The notes under the pieces were generated by a model. The model had not been told where the DNA came from and did not search any database. It worked only from the letters and a program-made list of their open reading frames with translations. The position numbers were made by a program, and so were the translations under genes. A stretch of 64,000 bases of DNA. Source: Mobula birostris (Eukaryota). The stretch is from NCBI RefSeq assembly GCF_030028105.1, contig NC_092370.1:117268221-117332220 (forward strand), given 5' to 3'. Positions 21,701-33,700 of the stretch are shown in pieces (position 1 is the first letter of the stretch; each line of letters opens with the position of its first letter).

Positions 21701-24700
21701 TTAGGCAGTATTGATAGAGCAAAGTATTAAAAACAGAAAGAACTGAAAATGGTCATTCGGGCAACATCAGCGGAGATAGAAACAGAGCGAATGTTTAATG
21801 TATGTTTCTGAGATCATCCTGAAACGTTAACGTTGCTCCTCTCTCCACAGATGCTGCCTGAATCTGTTTTCATAATTGCTAACAGCTCAGTTACAAAAAC
21901 AATAGGTCTGAAAAATTCAGCTGATCAGACAGCATCTGAAAAAAGAAAAAGTTAAATTTGGGGTAAATGCAATGTTAAGTTGCTGAAAAGATGAGGTGGG
22001 ATGCAGGGCACAAAAGGGTAGAAAACAGGAGAGAATGAATGACAAACAGTGATGGCTAATTGAGGCTTGTCGAGGCTGTCAAATAAAATATCACTCTGGG
22101 TGAAGTGTAAATAGGAGAAGTTGAATGAAACCTCAAACTGCTGGAAGTTGGGATTCTGAGAATGGGAGGACGAGTGGAGTGGCTGATTGTAATAAATTAT
22201 TGTAATCAGTTTCCAGACTGAACAATGGGCTCATTGATTTCAGACAAGAATAGCACTGATAATTTCTCCACTGTGCTCATTGCAAATCTTGGCCTATTGC
22301 CCAGTCTCCACCCATCAGCAACAGCCAAAAATTGTGGTCAAACTCCTCACCACTGTGATCCAGCTACAGGTTGTCTCGATATCCCAAGCTTGCTTGGATA
22401 TGCAGTACTCCAGTCGAGCTGCTCTGTGCAAGAAGTTACAGCGAAACCAACGTGGTTGTTGCTTTAGGCTGATACCTAACTCGGTAGCTGTTGTACTGAC
22501 CAAATCTGCCTGAGGCATCAGCGCTTTGGGGCAGAACACTGAAACAATGAAGGCATTTGCCATTCAGAATGATTAAAATAGCAAAATATGAATCAGATTG
22601 TGAATTCTGAGGAGCATGTGGACTGGCATTCAAATCTTCAAACAGCTGTTCAAAGTGAATGGCCGAACATGATGCATGGTAGCATATTCGACTAGTCTGG
22701 TTAGATAGGGCAAACCCATCTAAATTCTAAAATATATGGTCTGGTCAAACTAACCAGAATAGTAAAATTAAATCAGAAAGGGAGAATAAAGTAACTGGAG
22801 TCAGAGTCTTAGATTGAAAAGGTGTCAAAGATTACCGCTCATTACAAATGGACGTTATAACTTCCTTACACTAATCAATTGCAGATAATAGTGTGTATTT
22901 AAAATGGAGTGAGTGTGATTGCAGTCGAAAACAAGGCATCTAATCTCTGAAATATCTGAATATCTTTAATTGTGTTTAGTGTTGAAATTTTACATGATAC
23001 TGTACATTAGTATTTTGTTTGGGAGACTGGTTGGTGACACTGAATGTGTTTGGATGGCTCCACTGGGCCCCTCAAAGGCTGAGATTATAAACCGGACTGA
23101 TTATACACCTATTTCTGCACCACTCTGGCTCTGGTAATGATCATGAAGATTGAACAGGGGTGCAGCCAGTCTCTGTATCCTCAGGAGCATTTCCGAAGCC
23201 ACTGCCAGAATCAGCAGCCTCTCACTCTGGGGCGACTTTGACTGAGCTGGAGTTGGTAATGAATGGCAGGAGGTGGGCAGCACCCCAGTGAGTGTGAGTG
23301 ACAGGTCATTGGAGCTATGTGGGTGGGGGATAGAAGGTCAGAGAGGGTGAAGTAGAAAGGTGGAATGAGAGAGAGTGAGCGGGCGAAGAGAGGTGCAGTG
23401 ATGGGCTAAGAGAAGTTGGGTGAGAAAACGGTGGTGTCCAAGGAGAGGCAAGTGGAGGAAGGAGGAGGCAGGGATGTAATGGAAATCAGGGAGCTGAGCA
23501 ATAGACTGAATGTTTTCTTTGTTTATCTGTGTGTAAGGATAGTGAACCTGTAGGTAAACCTGAGCTCAGTATGTTTGATGCCAAGCCTGGTCTCCAGTCA
23601 ACAGAAGGGGTAAGGGTCGGCCACTCAGCTTCTCAAGCCCGTCCCACCATTTAATATGATTGTGGCTGAACTGTTCCAGGCCTCATCAACCCCAATTCCC
23701 CAATATTTCAAAAACATGTTTACGTCCTCTTTAAATAACCCCAGTGATCCTGTCTCCACAGCACTGAGGTAGAGGATTACAAACATTCACCACCTTCTGA
23801 AACTCCACCATGGACAGTCCCAAGCCCAGCTGAGAAAGGAGAATAGTTGGGTATGGGCTAACAATCCAAGCCCATAAAAACCCATTGCCACAAAACTGCT
23901 CACAAAAGCTCCCAAGACCTCATCTCCGGGAGAGGAAGGGTCTTCGCCTAGAAGACGTATGAAGTTGTAGGGTGAGAGCCGCTAGTCCGTGGAAGCCGCA
24001 GGCCAATAAGCCACCAAACTGGCCCGGGACAGAGAATTCTGGCAAGCTGCTGTCGCCCAGCCTAGGCCCCTGTACAGCTGACAGGCTTAACTAACAACCC
24101 TCTGAAGAAATCCCTGTGCACCTCAGCTTTAAATGCCTGGCCCCATATTTTGTCCTCTTGTTTAAGACTCTTCCCACTAGTGGAACCTCCTCAAAATTTA
24201 CTCAGGTTTGCTGCCTAAGTATGTTTGTATAAGATCTTCGTTTTTCTAAACTTCAAAGACTACAGATCCAGCTTCTTTAGCCACTAATAATAGATAGGAC
24301 AGACCTCATCCCAGACATCTGTCTGGTGAAGTAAACAATCTGCTGGGGGAGCTTAACAGGTCAGGTAGCCTCTGTGGGGGGGGGGGGGGGTGGGGGGAGT
24401 TAGCTATGTTCCACACTTAAGGTTGAACTCCTGCACAGATTCAGGACTGATGCAGAGTTTCGACCCAAAGCATTGATGACTCCTTTCCCACCTCGGATGA
24501 TGCCGAACCCACTGAGTTCCTCCAGCAGGTTGCTGCTCCAGATTTCAGCATCTGCAGTCTCTTGTGCCTCCAATTAGTCTAGTGAATGTCTTTTGGCCTC
24601 CCCCCAATTCTATTATATTCTGTCTTGAACAAGAGAGCAAAATTGTATACAGTAACTTCAGGTGTAGCCTCACTTTGACTCTATAATTGTAGCAACTCCC

Positions 24701-27700
24701 TATTTTTAAACTGCAACTCCTTATGACAAAGGCCAATGTGTCAATTGGTGCCGCACGTCCTCTCCATCCCCCCACCTCCACTAACTTTTTATCATTTATG
24801 CACTAGAATGACTTGATCCTTCTATCCTTCATAGTTGCAATTCTTCTCCATTGAGATAATCCACTTTTGTTCCCTTTTGCCAAAGTGTGTGACCTCGCAC
24901 TTTATACTTTATACTTTATTGTCGCCAAACAATTGATACTAGAACTTACAATCATCAGAGCGATATTTGATTCTGTGCTTCCCACTCCCTGGATTACAAA
25001 TATTAAATATTAACAATATTAAAAATTAGTAAATATTAAAAAATTAAATTATAAATCATAAATAGAAAATAGAAAAATGGAAAGTAAGGTAGTGCAAAAA
25101 AACCGAGAGGCAGGTCCAGGTATTTGGAAGTTACAGCCCAGATCCGGGTCAGGATCCGTTCAGCAGTCTTATCACAGTTGGAAAGAAGCTGTTCCCAAAT
25201 CTTTCTTACACAATCAGAACCACTGACATATAATGTGAAGTGTGTTGTTTTCTGACAATAAAAATACTATAAATTACAATAAAAAATAAATAGCGCAAAA
25301 GTAAAATGTTAAGGTAGTGTTCATGAGTTCAGAAATCTGATGGCAGAGGGGAAGAAGCTGTTCCTAAAACGTCGAGCGCGGGTCTTCCAATGTACAGGGC
25401 AATACCCCAGTCCTGCATCACCAATTGTTAATCTATCATCGTCTAAGCAAGAGACACCATAGATATCTGCATTACCTGTGTGACAAATGACCAAATTTTT
25501 CAAACTGGATGCACAGCCAATCTGAATTTAAGCAATAAACAGTAACATGATCCAATCAAGAAAGATGCAAATCCCATTGTTGCTAAACGAGGGGTGTGTG
25601 GAGCTTCCTGTGAAAGGGTGAGACAATTAAAGACACAAAAGACAACTGATCTCAAACCAACCAATAGCGTGGAAATAACTAAATCAAAATTTAAATATTG
25701 AGAAAAAACTAACTGCCTAATCCAGTTTGCTATGATTATCCAGTTGATTCCTTAACAGAAAACAAAAGCCAGTGCCAAAGGCTTCTTACCAGAAGCAGAG
25801 ACATGGAGTGCCTAGTCACTTCTCAGGTCCAGTATAATTAATACTACGAAAGAGACCTTTAGCTTCTCTGCTAGAAAATACACATCCCTGTTTAACCCAG
25901 CAGCTGGTTAATCACAAACACAAGGTTTTCTTGAACTGGGATCTCCACGTTTTAAAGTAGATAAATAGCTTTTGAAAACTGCGGTGCAGGAAGTATGTAA
26001 AGAACCAGTGTAGCTGATAACTCTAGCGTATGAATTCTTCAACATTTTCCATGGTCCAAACATGAAAACCAAGAAAACAGAAGCGGTTATCAGTCCTACT
26101 GAAAGGAGCATCTCAAGATGCCCTTTAAGGTAGACTTGGTCTTTGACTTGTGTTTGTGATTCCTGCCCATAACATAATGTCATGTCTCTATCAACCCCAA
26201 GGCAAAAATGAGCAAGATCTAAACACAAATTCAGCAGATGCTGGAAATCCAGAGTAACACGTGCAAAATGCTGGAGGAACTCAGCAGGTCAGGCAGCATC
26301 TATGGAAAGGAATAAATAGTTGACGTTTTGGGCCAAGACCCTTCATCAGGACTGGAGAAGGTCCTTTCCATAGATGCTGCCTGACCTGCTGAGTTCCTCC
26401 AGCATTTTGCATATTAGAATGAGCGAGACCTTTCAACTAGATAGCCTGTCAGATTATGTACTTTCAATTATATTTGAATTAAATCTCATCTGGTTGGGGT
26501 GGTATTAAGATCTCGTCTTAAACTGAAATACTGAGCACCTCTGCTTAGCTACCCATAAGGTGATTTTCTACATTCAGCCTTGTACTTATTCTTTGTGATT
26601 TCACCAGTACTTCACAATATTTGAGATGTATTATTTTGCTTTAACAGCAAAAGAAATCTAACCAGGATGAACAGGACATGGATGTTGATAGAAATGTGGA
26701 TCCCCAGGAATCACAACAGTTATCAAAGGAAGAGCCTCCATCTCTAAAACAGTTTGCAGGTAGGTTTGTGACTGCACCAATGGTAAATGAAGCATACCTT
26801 GTAAAATTTATTTTGAAGATGAGATTACTATTATCCTACACCCTGAGAAGATAACAAGAGTTTTGTATGGATGTTTAAACAAAGCTTTTTCTGGGATTGT
26901 TCTGGAAATCTTGATTCATTTTTTGTTTCGCTGGAGTGAAACTACTGAAGCTGGTAAATAGAAGAAATTATGTATTGTAGTAGAAAGGGGTGAAGAGATT
27001 GAACAAAGGAAGCAGCAGATGGAGAATTGGGAATCTAAAGATGTAGTAAGCAGAAGCTATTTCAGTCAGAAATTACTGTGTTTCAATGTATGTGTCCTAA
27101 AGATTTAGGCAATGTGGCATCCTTTTGCCTTTGGGAAAACAGATAATATTGTTTCAGCCATCAGGGTGTGTTTTCCGGTATGAGACTGTTAATTGATTCA
27201 GCTTTAAAAGGGGATCATTACATACTGTGTTGTCATTGGCCACCATCAGTGACCTTCTGCACCACATGTATGACTGGCAAGCTGACAATGAATTCACCAA
27301 GAGATTCTGCAGATGCAGCACGCATACAAAAAACACACAGGTTGGGCAGCATCTACAGAGGAGAATGAGTGTTGACGTTTTGGGCTGAGACCCTTCATCA
27401 GGGGTGGAAAGGAAGGGGGCAGAAGCCAGAATAAGAAGTCGGGGGGGAAAAGAAGGAGCAAGGAGGGGAGAGAAATTACCAAAAGTTAGAGAAATTGTTG
27501 TTCATGCCATCAGGTTGGAGGCTACACAGAAGGAAAACAAGGTGTAAGTTTTGATCAACACACATCAAAGTTGCTGGTGAACGCAGCAGGCCAGGCAGCA
27601 TCTGTAGGAAGAGGTACAGTCAACATTTCAGGCCGAGACCCTTCGTCAGGACTAGGACTTCGTTAGTCCTGACGAAGTGTCTCGGCCTGAAACGTCGACT

Positions 27701-30700
27701 GTACCTCTTCCTACAGATGCTGCTTGGCCTGCTGTGTTCACCAGCAACTTTGATATGTGTTGCTTGAATTTCCAGCATCTGCAGAATTCCTGTTGTGAAA
27801 GTTTTGATGATTTTTTTTCCTAGAACTTTTCGGTAAAAATATCTTTTGAAGAAATACAAAGACAGGGAGCAATACATAATACTTCCCAGTTCTCATTGAA
27901 GACAGCTATGTGTAAATTCCACCCCCCACATTAAATTTCTTCTTTACTTACCTATTGGATGAAATAATTTGTATTTGTAAATGGATGTATACTAATCTGG
28001 AATTCTTGCATAATTGTTTCATATAATGTTATCACTCTGTGTGTCTTTTTGAAATGTAGAATACATGCAGTCTACCGATCTGGATGACTCTCAGGCTGAA
28101 TCCAAGGATCAGTCAAACCTCCCCTCTCTGGATTACAGTCAAAACTCGCTGACTCCAGAACAAGAAGTTATGATTACCCATGCTCTTCCAGAAGGAAATT
28201 ACAGCACATATGTGCCTAGAGGCTGTGAGAACAAGTGCCACTCTCACTTCCACGACACTATAGGAAACGCTGATGACTCCCATCATCACCATCACCACTA
28301 CCACCACATTCTGCATCACCACCACCACCAGAACCACCACCCCCACAGTCACGGCCACTACTATTTGCAGGAGAACCTGAAGGATGCAGGAATCGCAACT
28401 CTGGCGTGGATGGTGATAATGGGTGATGGGCTTCATAACTTCAGTGATGGTTTGGCCATTGGTGAGACTCGTTTTCATTCAGTAATACAAAACTACTTCC
28501 AGTATGATGATTATCATGTGACAGAAACATAGTTGTTCTGGAAAGTTATGGTTGAAGAGAACATTTAGTTCAGGAGGGGAAATTACTCTTCATATATTCT
28601 GTGAATGTGAGAGACAACAGCTTGGGAAGGAGCAGTCAACCCATGTGTTCATTCTGTATTGACAGAGTTATAAGCATAGTGGTCTATATAGTCATAGAGC
28701 AACACAGCATGAATGCAGACCCTTTGGCCAATAATTCCAAGCCAGCCACGGTGCCCTGACAGCTAGTCCTAAACCACCTACTCAGGCGCCAGATCTCTGC
28801 AGCCTTTCCCCTCAAAGCAACCACACTACTCCCCTTGCCAGTTAATACTGAATCAACTTCTGCCCTTCAAGGCAGTATATTCGTTGCATTTTGAAAGAAG
28901 AGGTTTCCTCTCAGTTAAGACATAGAGCTGTGGACCTCAGGGCAGAATTTTAAAATATAAAATAAAATTGGCAGTAAGGATTTACGTACACAGAAGCAGG
29001 CCATTCAGCCCAACTCTTGTGTTAATGCTGCTCACAACTTCCTTCCACCCTGCACTTGCGGTATATCCTTATCCTTCCCCTTTCCCTCTGTCCATCAGCA
29101 ATGAAGCCCCTCAACTACCACCACCCGGTACTGAGTTCCACCCTCCCTACTCAGTTAAAACATCCAAATTGTTCTCTGGATGAAAGTTTGGTCTTTGTAA
29201 GTTCAGATTGGTTATTATAGCGCAGGTTCAGAGTGCAGCTCTGGCTGAAAATGATGCTAATGAAATCTCTGTGTTTAACACAAGCAAATTTGGAACTGGA
29301 TTTCTGGGATCCCTGTTTATCCTTCAGCATCAGAGCATGCCAGGTGTCTGTCTGTTGCCCTTCTCTACTGCATGTTGATGCAGAAACTCCACAGCACGGT
29401 GTTGTGTGGGGTGTGGGAGTTGCTGCACTGAATGCCCCTATGGACTCCTGATAGTTAACATCACATCCACGTGAGTAAAACAGTGCAGTTCTCCACAGTG
29501 GTGTGGTGGTTAGCATGACGCTATTGCAGCTCGGGGTGCTCTGGAGCGTGGAGTTCGATTCCATATTGCACTGGGTTTCCCTGGGTGCTTCAGTTTCCTC
29601 CCACAGCCCGAAGGCATATGGGGGAGGTTAATTGGTCATTGTAAATTGTCCGTGATTAGGTTAGTGTTAATTGGGGTTGTGGGGTTGCTGGGCCGGTGTG
29701 CTTTGAAGGGCCTGCTCCACACTTTATTGCTAAATAAATAAACAGGTATTCCAGCTCTCCCTACTTTCCCACTTTTACAGGTTACATAGCTCAAAAGACA
29801 TTTAGACAGGTGGATGAATGGGAAAGTTGAGAGGGATTGGGCCAAAGGCAGGCAAAAGGGACCAGCTCAAGTTGGCACCTTGGTCAGCATGACTGAGTGG
29901 GGCCGAGGGCCTGCTCTCAAGCTGTGTGATTCTATAACTTCTTCTAGTCTGCCGGTTATGGCACATCAGGTGTTCTTCTTGGTACATTGTAATGGTCACT
30001 GAAAGGCTTTCTGCTTCTATCACCTGTTGCTCTGTTCAGTCCCTGTTGTTCTTTATTTGAAAAATAGATTTCCTCAACTTTTCCCTAACCTTTCTGCATC
30101 CCCAAGTCTTTGGTACTGTGAAAATTCCTGCCCATCCTAGTTAGATTACTCATGTGGCTTGTACACAGATAGGCATCTCTTGTGATTTGTTTCCATTTGA
30201 CCGTGTCTGTTCGTGAGGAAAAAGATGACACTGGTTTTTAAAAAGTATGATAATAGCTAAAGGAGTCCAAGGAGCCGGAGAAGTTTATTCAGCCCCAGTG
30301 TCAGCTGTGCCCATCAGTAAAGTTACAGCTGATGTTTTATCAACACGTCTCATTATTCTCACGTACCCTGATTCTCGTAACATCTAAAAACTATAAATGT
30401 CTGCCTGTAATATACTCGCATATAGTGTCTATTTACTGAAATGGGAACATCTTCGTGGAACTTGCACTATGTAGAAGCACAGTTCAGGACTCACATTGAC
30501 TGATGGGAAGTAAAGGATGAACCTGTGCAATAGATAGACTTTGCATATGTCTGTAATTATTATTCACTGTTTTCTGGTTCCACTTATCAAATGAAAACAA
30601 CATCCCAGATCTGGGGTTCACATATTTGTTACCCTTTACGGATCCATTTTCTAGGCTATTTCAGAGAGCATTCTACATGCAGCTTTCAGAGCCCCACACA

Positions 30701-33700
30701 AGCCCAAGCATTGTGTCCCAGCTTTCCCCTACTCCCTCAGGGGACCAGCCTCCACCACAGTCAGTGATACAGTCACTCATTTGTTTCTTGTTCTGGATTA
30801 TTTAGTCTCCAGGTCTGCCACAGGAACGATGGCTGAGTTTTAAATTGCTTAAATTACAGCGTATTTACAGAGAATTGATGTCCCTTTGAATACTTCGCCA
30901 GCATGTGTGAAGGAAGCGCGAGAAAAACCTGTGTTGGAGCGAAGTCTCTTCCATGGATCAATTGTAGTTCAATGGGAGTTTATTTTGGAGTGATGGTCTG
31001 AAAGTTGCTGCTTAAAATTCCTATTGAATAATGACAAATTTATTTTAATTCGAGCATAGTCACATTGATGTTATGTTTAGCTCCATCTGTTTAAAGCTAA
31101 TTTTGTCTTTTGTGACTCCAGCATAATCAATGTTTCAATCTTATGTTCAGGAGCGGCTTTTACTGGAGGCTTATCCAGCGGACTGAGTACGTCGGTTGCA
31201 GTTTTTTGTCATGAACTGCCGCACGAGCTAGGTAAGTGTTTAAACCAGAACAGTCACACAATAACATACCTGGCTGTGATTGCAAAGGGGAAAATGTACA
31301 GTTCTATGCAGAAGCATTCATAGGACTTTAGGACCTTCCAATAGGGAGAGTTTCAAAGTTCAAAGTAAATTTATTACCAAAGTACATAGGTCACCATATA
31401 CAACCCTGAGATTCATTTTCTTGCAAGCATTCACAGTAAATACAAAAAAAACTATAGAATTAATGAAAGAACACCTCCAACCTACGTGCAAAAGACAACA
31501 AGCTGCAAATACAAAAAGGAAAATAAGTAAGCAATAAGTATCAAGAACATAAGATAAAGAGTTAGTTTGCTTATCGAACCAGCTTGACAAAGTTTCAAAA
31601 TATTTGTCACCCAACATATCATTTGTGTTATTAGAGGAGCCAACAACACACTGAACCATTGTCATACTACCATCAAGGACGCGTTCCATGTCATCCTACA
31701 CTCTTTTTGAAAAGTCTGATCATTTGGCTGTACTCCCTGAGTATAGGCAGAGATTAAAGAGTGCAGCACCAGTAGGGTGGACTAAAAAGGTATAGACAAG
31801 GGAGGCAAAGGAGCACTTACAAGATTGCTTTGTATTGGTGGACTGGACAATATCCAGGGATTCATCTTTGAGTCTGAATGAATATGCCGCACTTGTCACT
31901 GACTTCATTAAAACCTGTGTGAGTCAGTGTATGCCTACAAGAACATACCGTACATACCCTAGTCAAAAGCTGTGGACAAACCAGGAGATCATGTAGAGGG
32001 CTAGATCTGTGGCATTCAATTCTGGCCACCCAGGAGATACAAGAAGGACAGATACAACTTACGGAGGGTTGTCTCAAGAGCAAAAGAACAATTCTGATTG
32101 AGGTGAGGCGGAATTGGATGCAGGTCAATTCTGACAGGCTTTTGCGGGTCATTACTTCCTACAAAGCAAAACACAACATCATGAATAGCAATGATGCTCC
32201 ACCTCCCAGACGAGTTCAATGCCTTTTATGCTCGCTTAGAAAGGTAGATTAAAACTACAGCGTTCGGTGATCCAGTCATATCTGTCTCGGAGGCATGTGC
32301 GAGCGATATTAAACCTGATTCTGAGTACATGAAAGTGAGTCCATAGGTTGTGGGAACAGTTCAGTGATGGGTGAGTGAAGTTATCCCCTCCAGTTCAAGA
32401 TCCTGATGGTTGAGGGGTTATAACAGTTCCTGAGCATCGTGGTGTGGGTCCTGAGACTTCTGTTCCTCCCTCCTTCCTGATGGCAGCAGCGAGAGGACAG
32501 CATGGCCTGGATGGTGGTGGTCCTTGATGGATGCTCCTTTCCTGCAACAGCTCTCCATGTAGATGTCCTCAGTGATGGGGAAGGCTTTACTTGTGATGGG
32601 CTGGGTCGTATCCATTACTTTTTGTAGGCTCTTCCAATGAAGGAAGAGCTACTGATGCTCCCAAGCTCATCTCTGTGGGTTAGAATCTTACTAATCTTCA
32701 AAGCTTCAAGGTTTTTACAGTCAGTGAAACAGGATGTAGTTGAGTCACTGATAAGAGAAAAATAAAATCAATCAATCTGTGTACAGCAGGCTTCACAGAT
32801 TGCAGATCAAGTTCACATTTGTTCTTCAACCATACACATGCATACAGCTAAACAAAACATCTGCTTCTCTGGGAACAAGTGAAAAACAGTACATATAGTC
32901 ACATACAGCACATATAATTACAATCCAGTACATACAGTCACAAGACCCTGAGTGACAAGGCCTGAAGATTTACGGGTTGACATTAGGTGTGAGGTGCACA
33001 TTTATGTAAGACAATATAATGTTACTGACACTATAATAATAAAACATGCAGTTGTATAAATGTGAGTCGGCAGCAACGAAAAATGACCACTGTAGGGTGA
33101 ACGTGTGTCTGAGTTGGGGTGCGAGGAGAGGTTGGGGAGCAGGTTGTGAATGCGTGTTGTGTGGCAGCAGCATGTTAAGTCTGGGGAAAGAAGCTGTTAC
33201 CCAGCCTAACAGTTGTGATTCTTAAAAGACTGGCCAAAGGAAGTCACTGAGCCAGGTGGGATTTGGACTTACAATCTTCTTATCCATATTGAGACACCTT
33301 ATCCATTGTTCCACTTGCCCAATCTGGAGCAATACACAAAGGCACTGGAGAAATTCAGCGAGTCAGGCAGCATCTGTGGAGGGAAATGAAGAGTCGATGT
33401 TTTGGGTTATGACCGTTTATCAGCACTGGTCATCTCCCCATTCCTGGTGAGGTGTCTCAACCTAAAACATCAACTGTTCGTTTCCCACCATAGATGTTTC
33501 AGTGAGGCTGGAATAAATATTCTTCCGGGACACAGTGAACTCCGTGTTCCTCTTCAGATAGTCTTGTGGAATCTTATTAAACCAAGGCCACAGATGACAC
33601 AACCTGAAGGGATGCACTGAGAGTGGCGTCCAGGATTTTGTAGTCCACAGCTTTCTGACTTGGGCAAATTGTTTTCTTCACTTATTAAAAGGTGAATCGA

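Noticed and set aside
23020-23310. LF-SINE-like element
   Set aside because: Only vague resemblance; cannot be supported without an HMM search.
24376-24398. Poly-G run as a functional G-quadruplex
   Set aside because: A simple homopolymer expansion inside a decayed PLE repeat; its length is error-prone.
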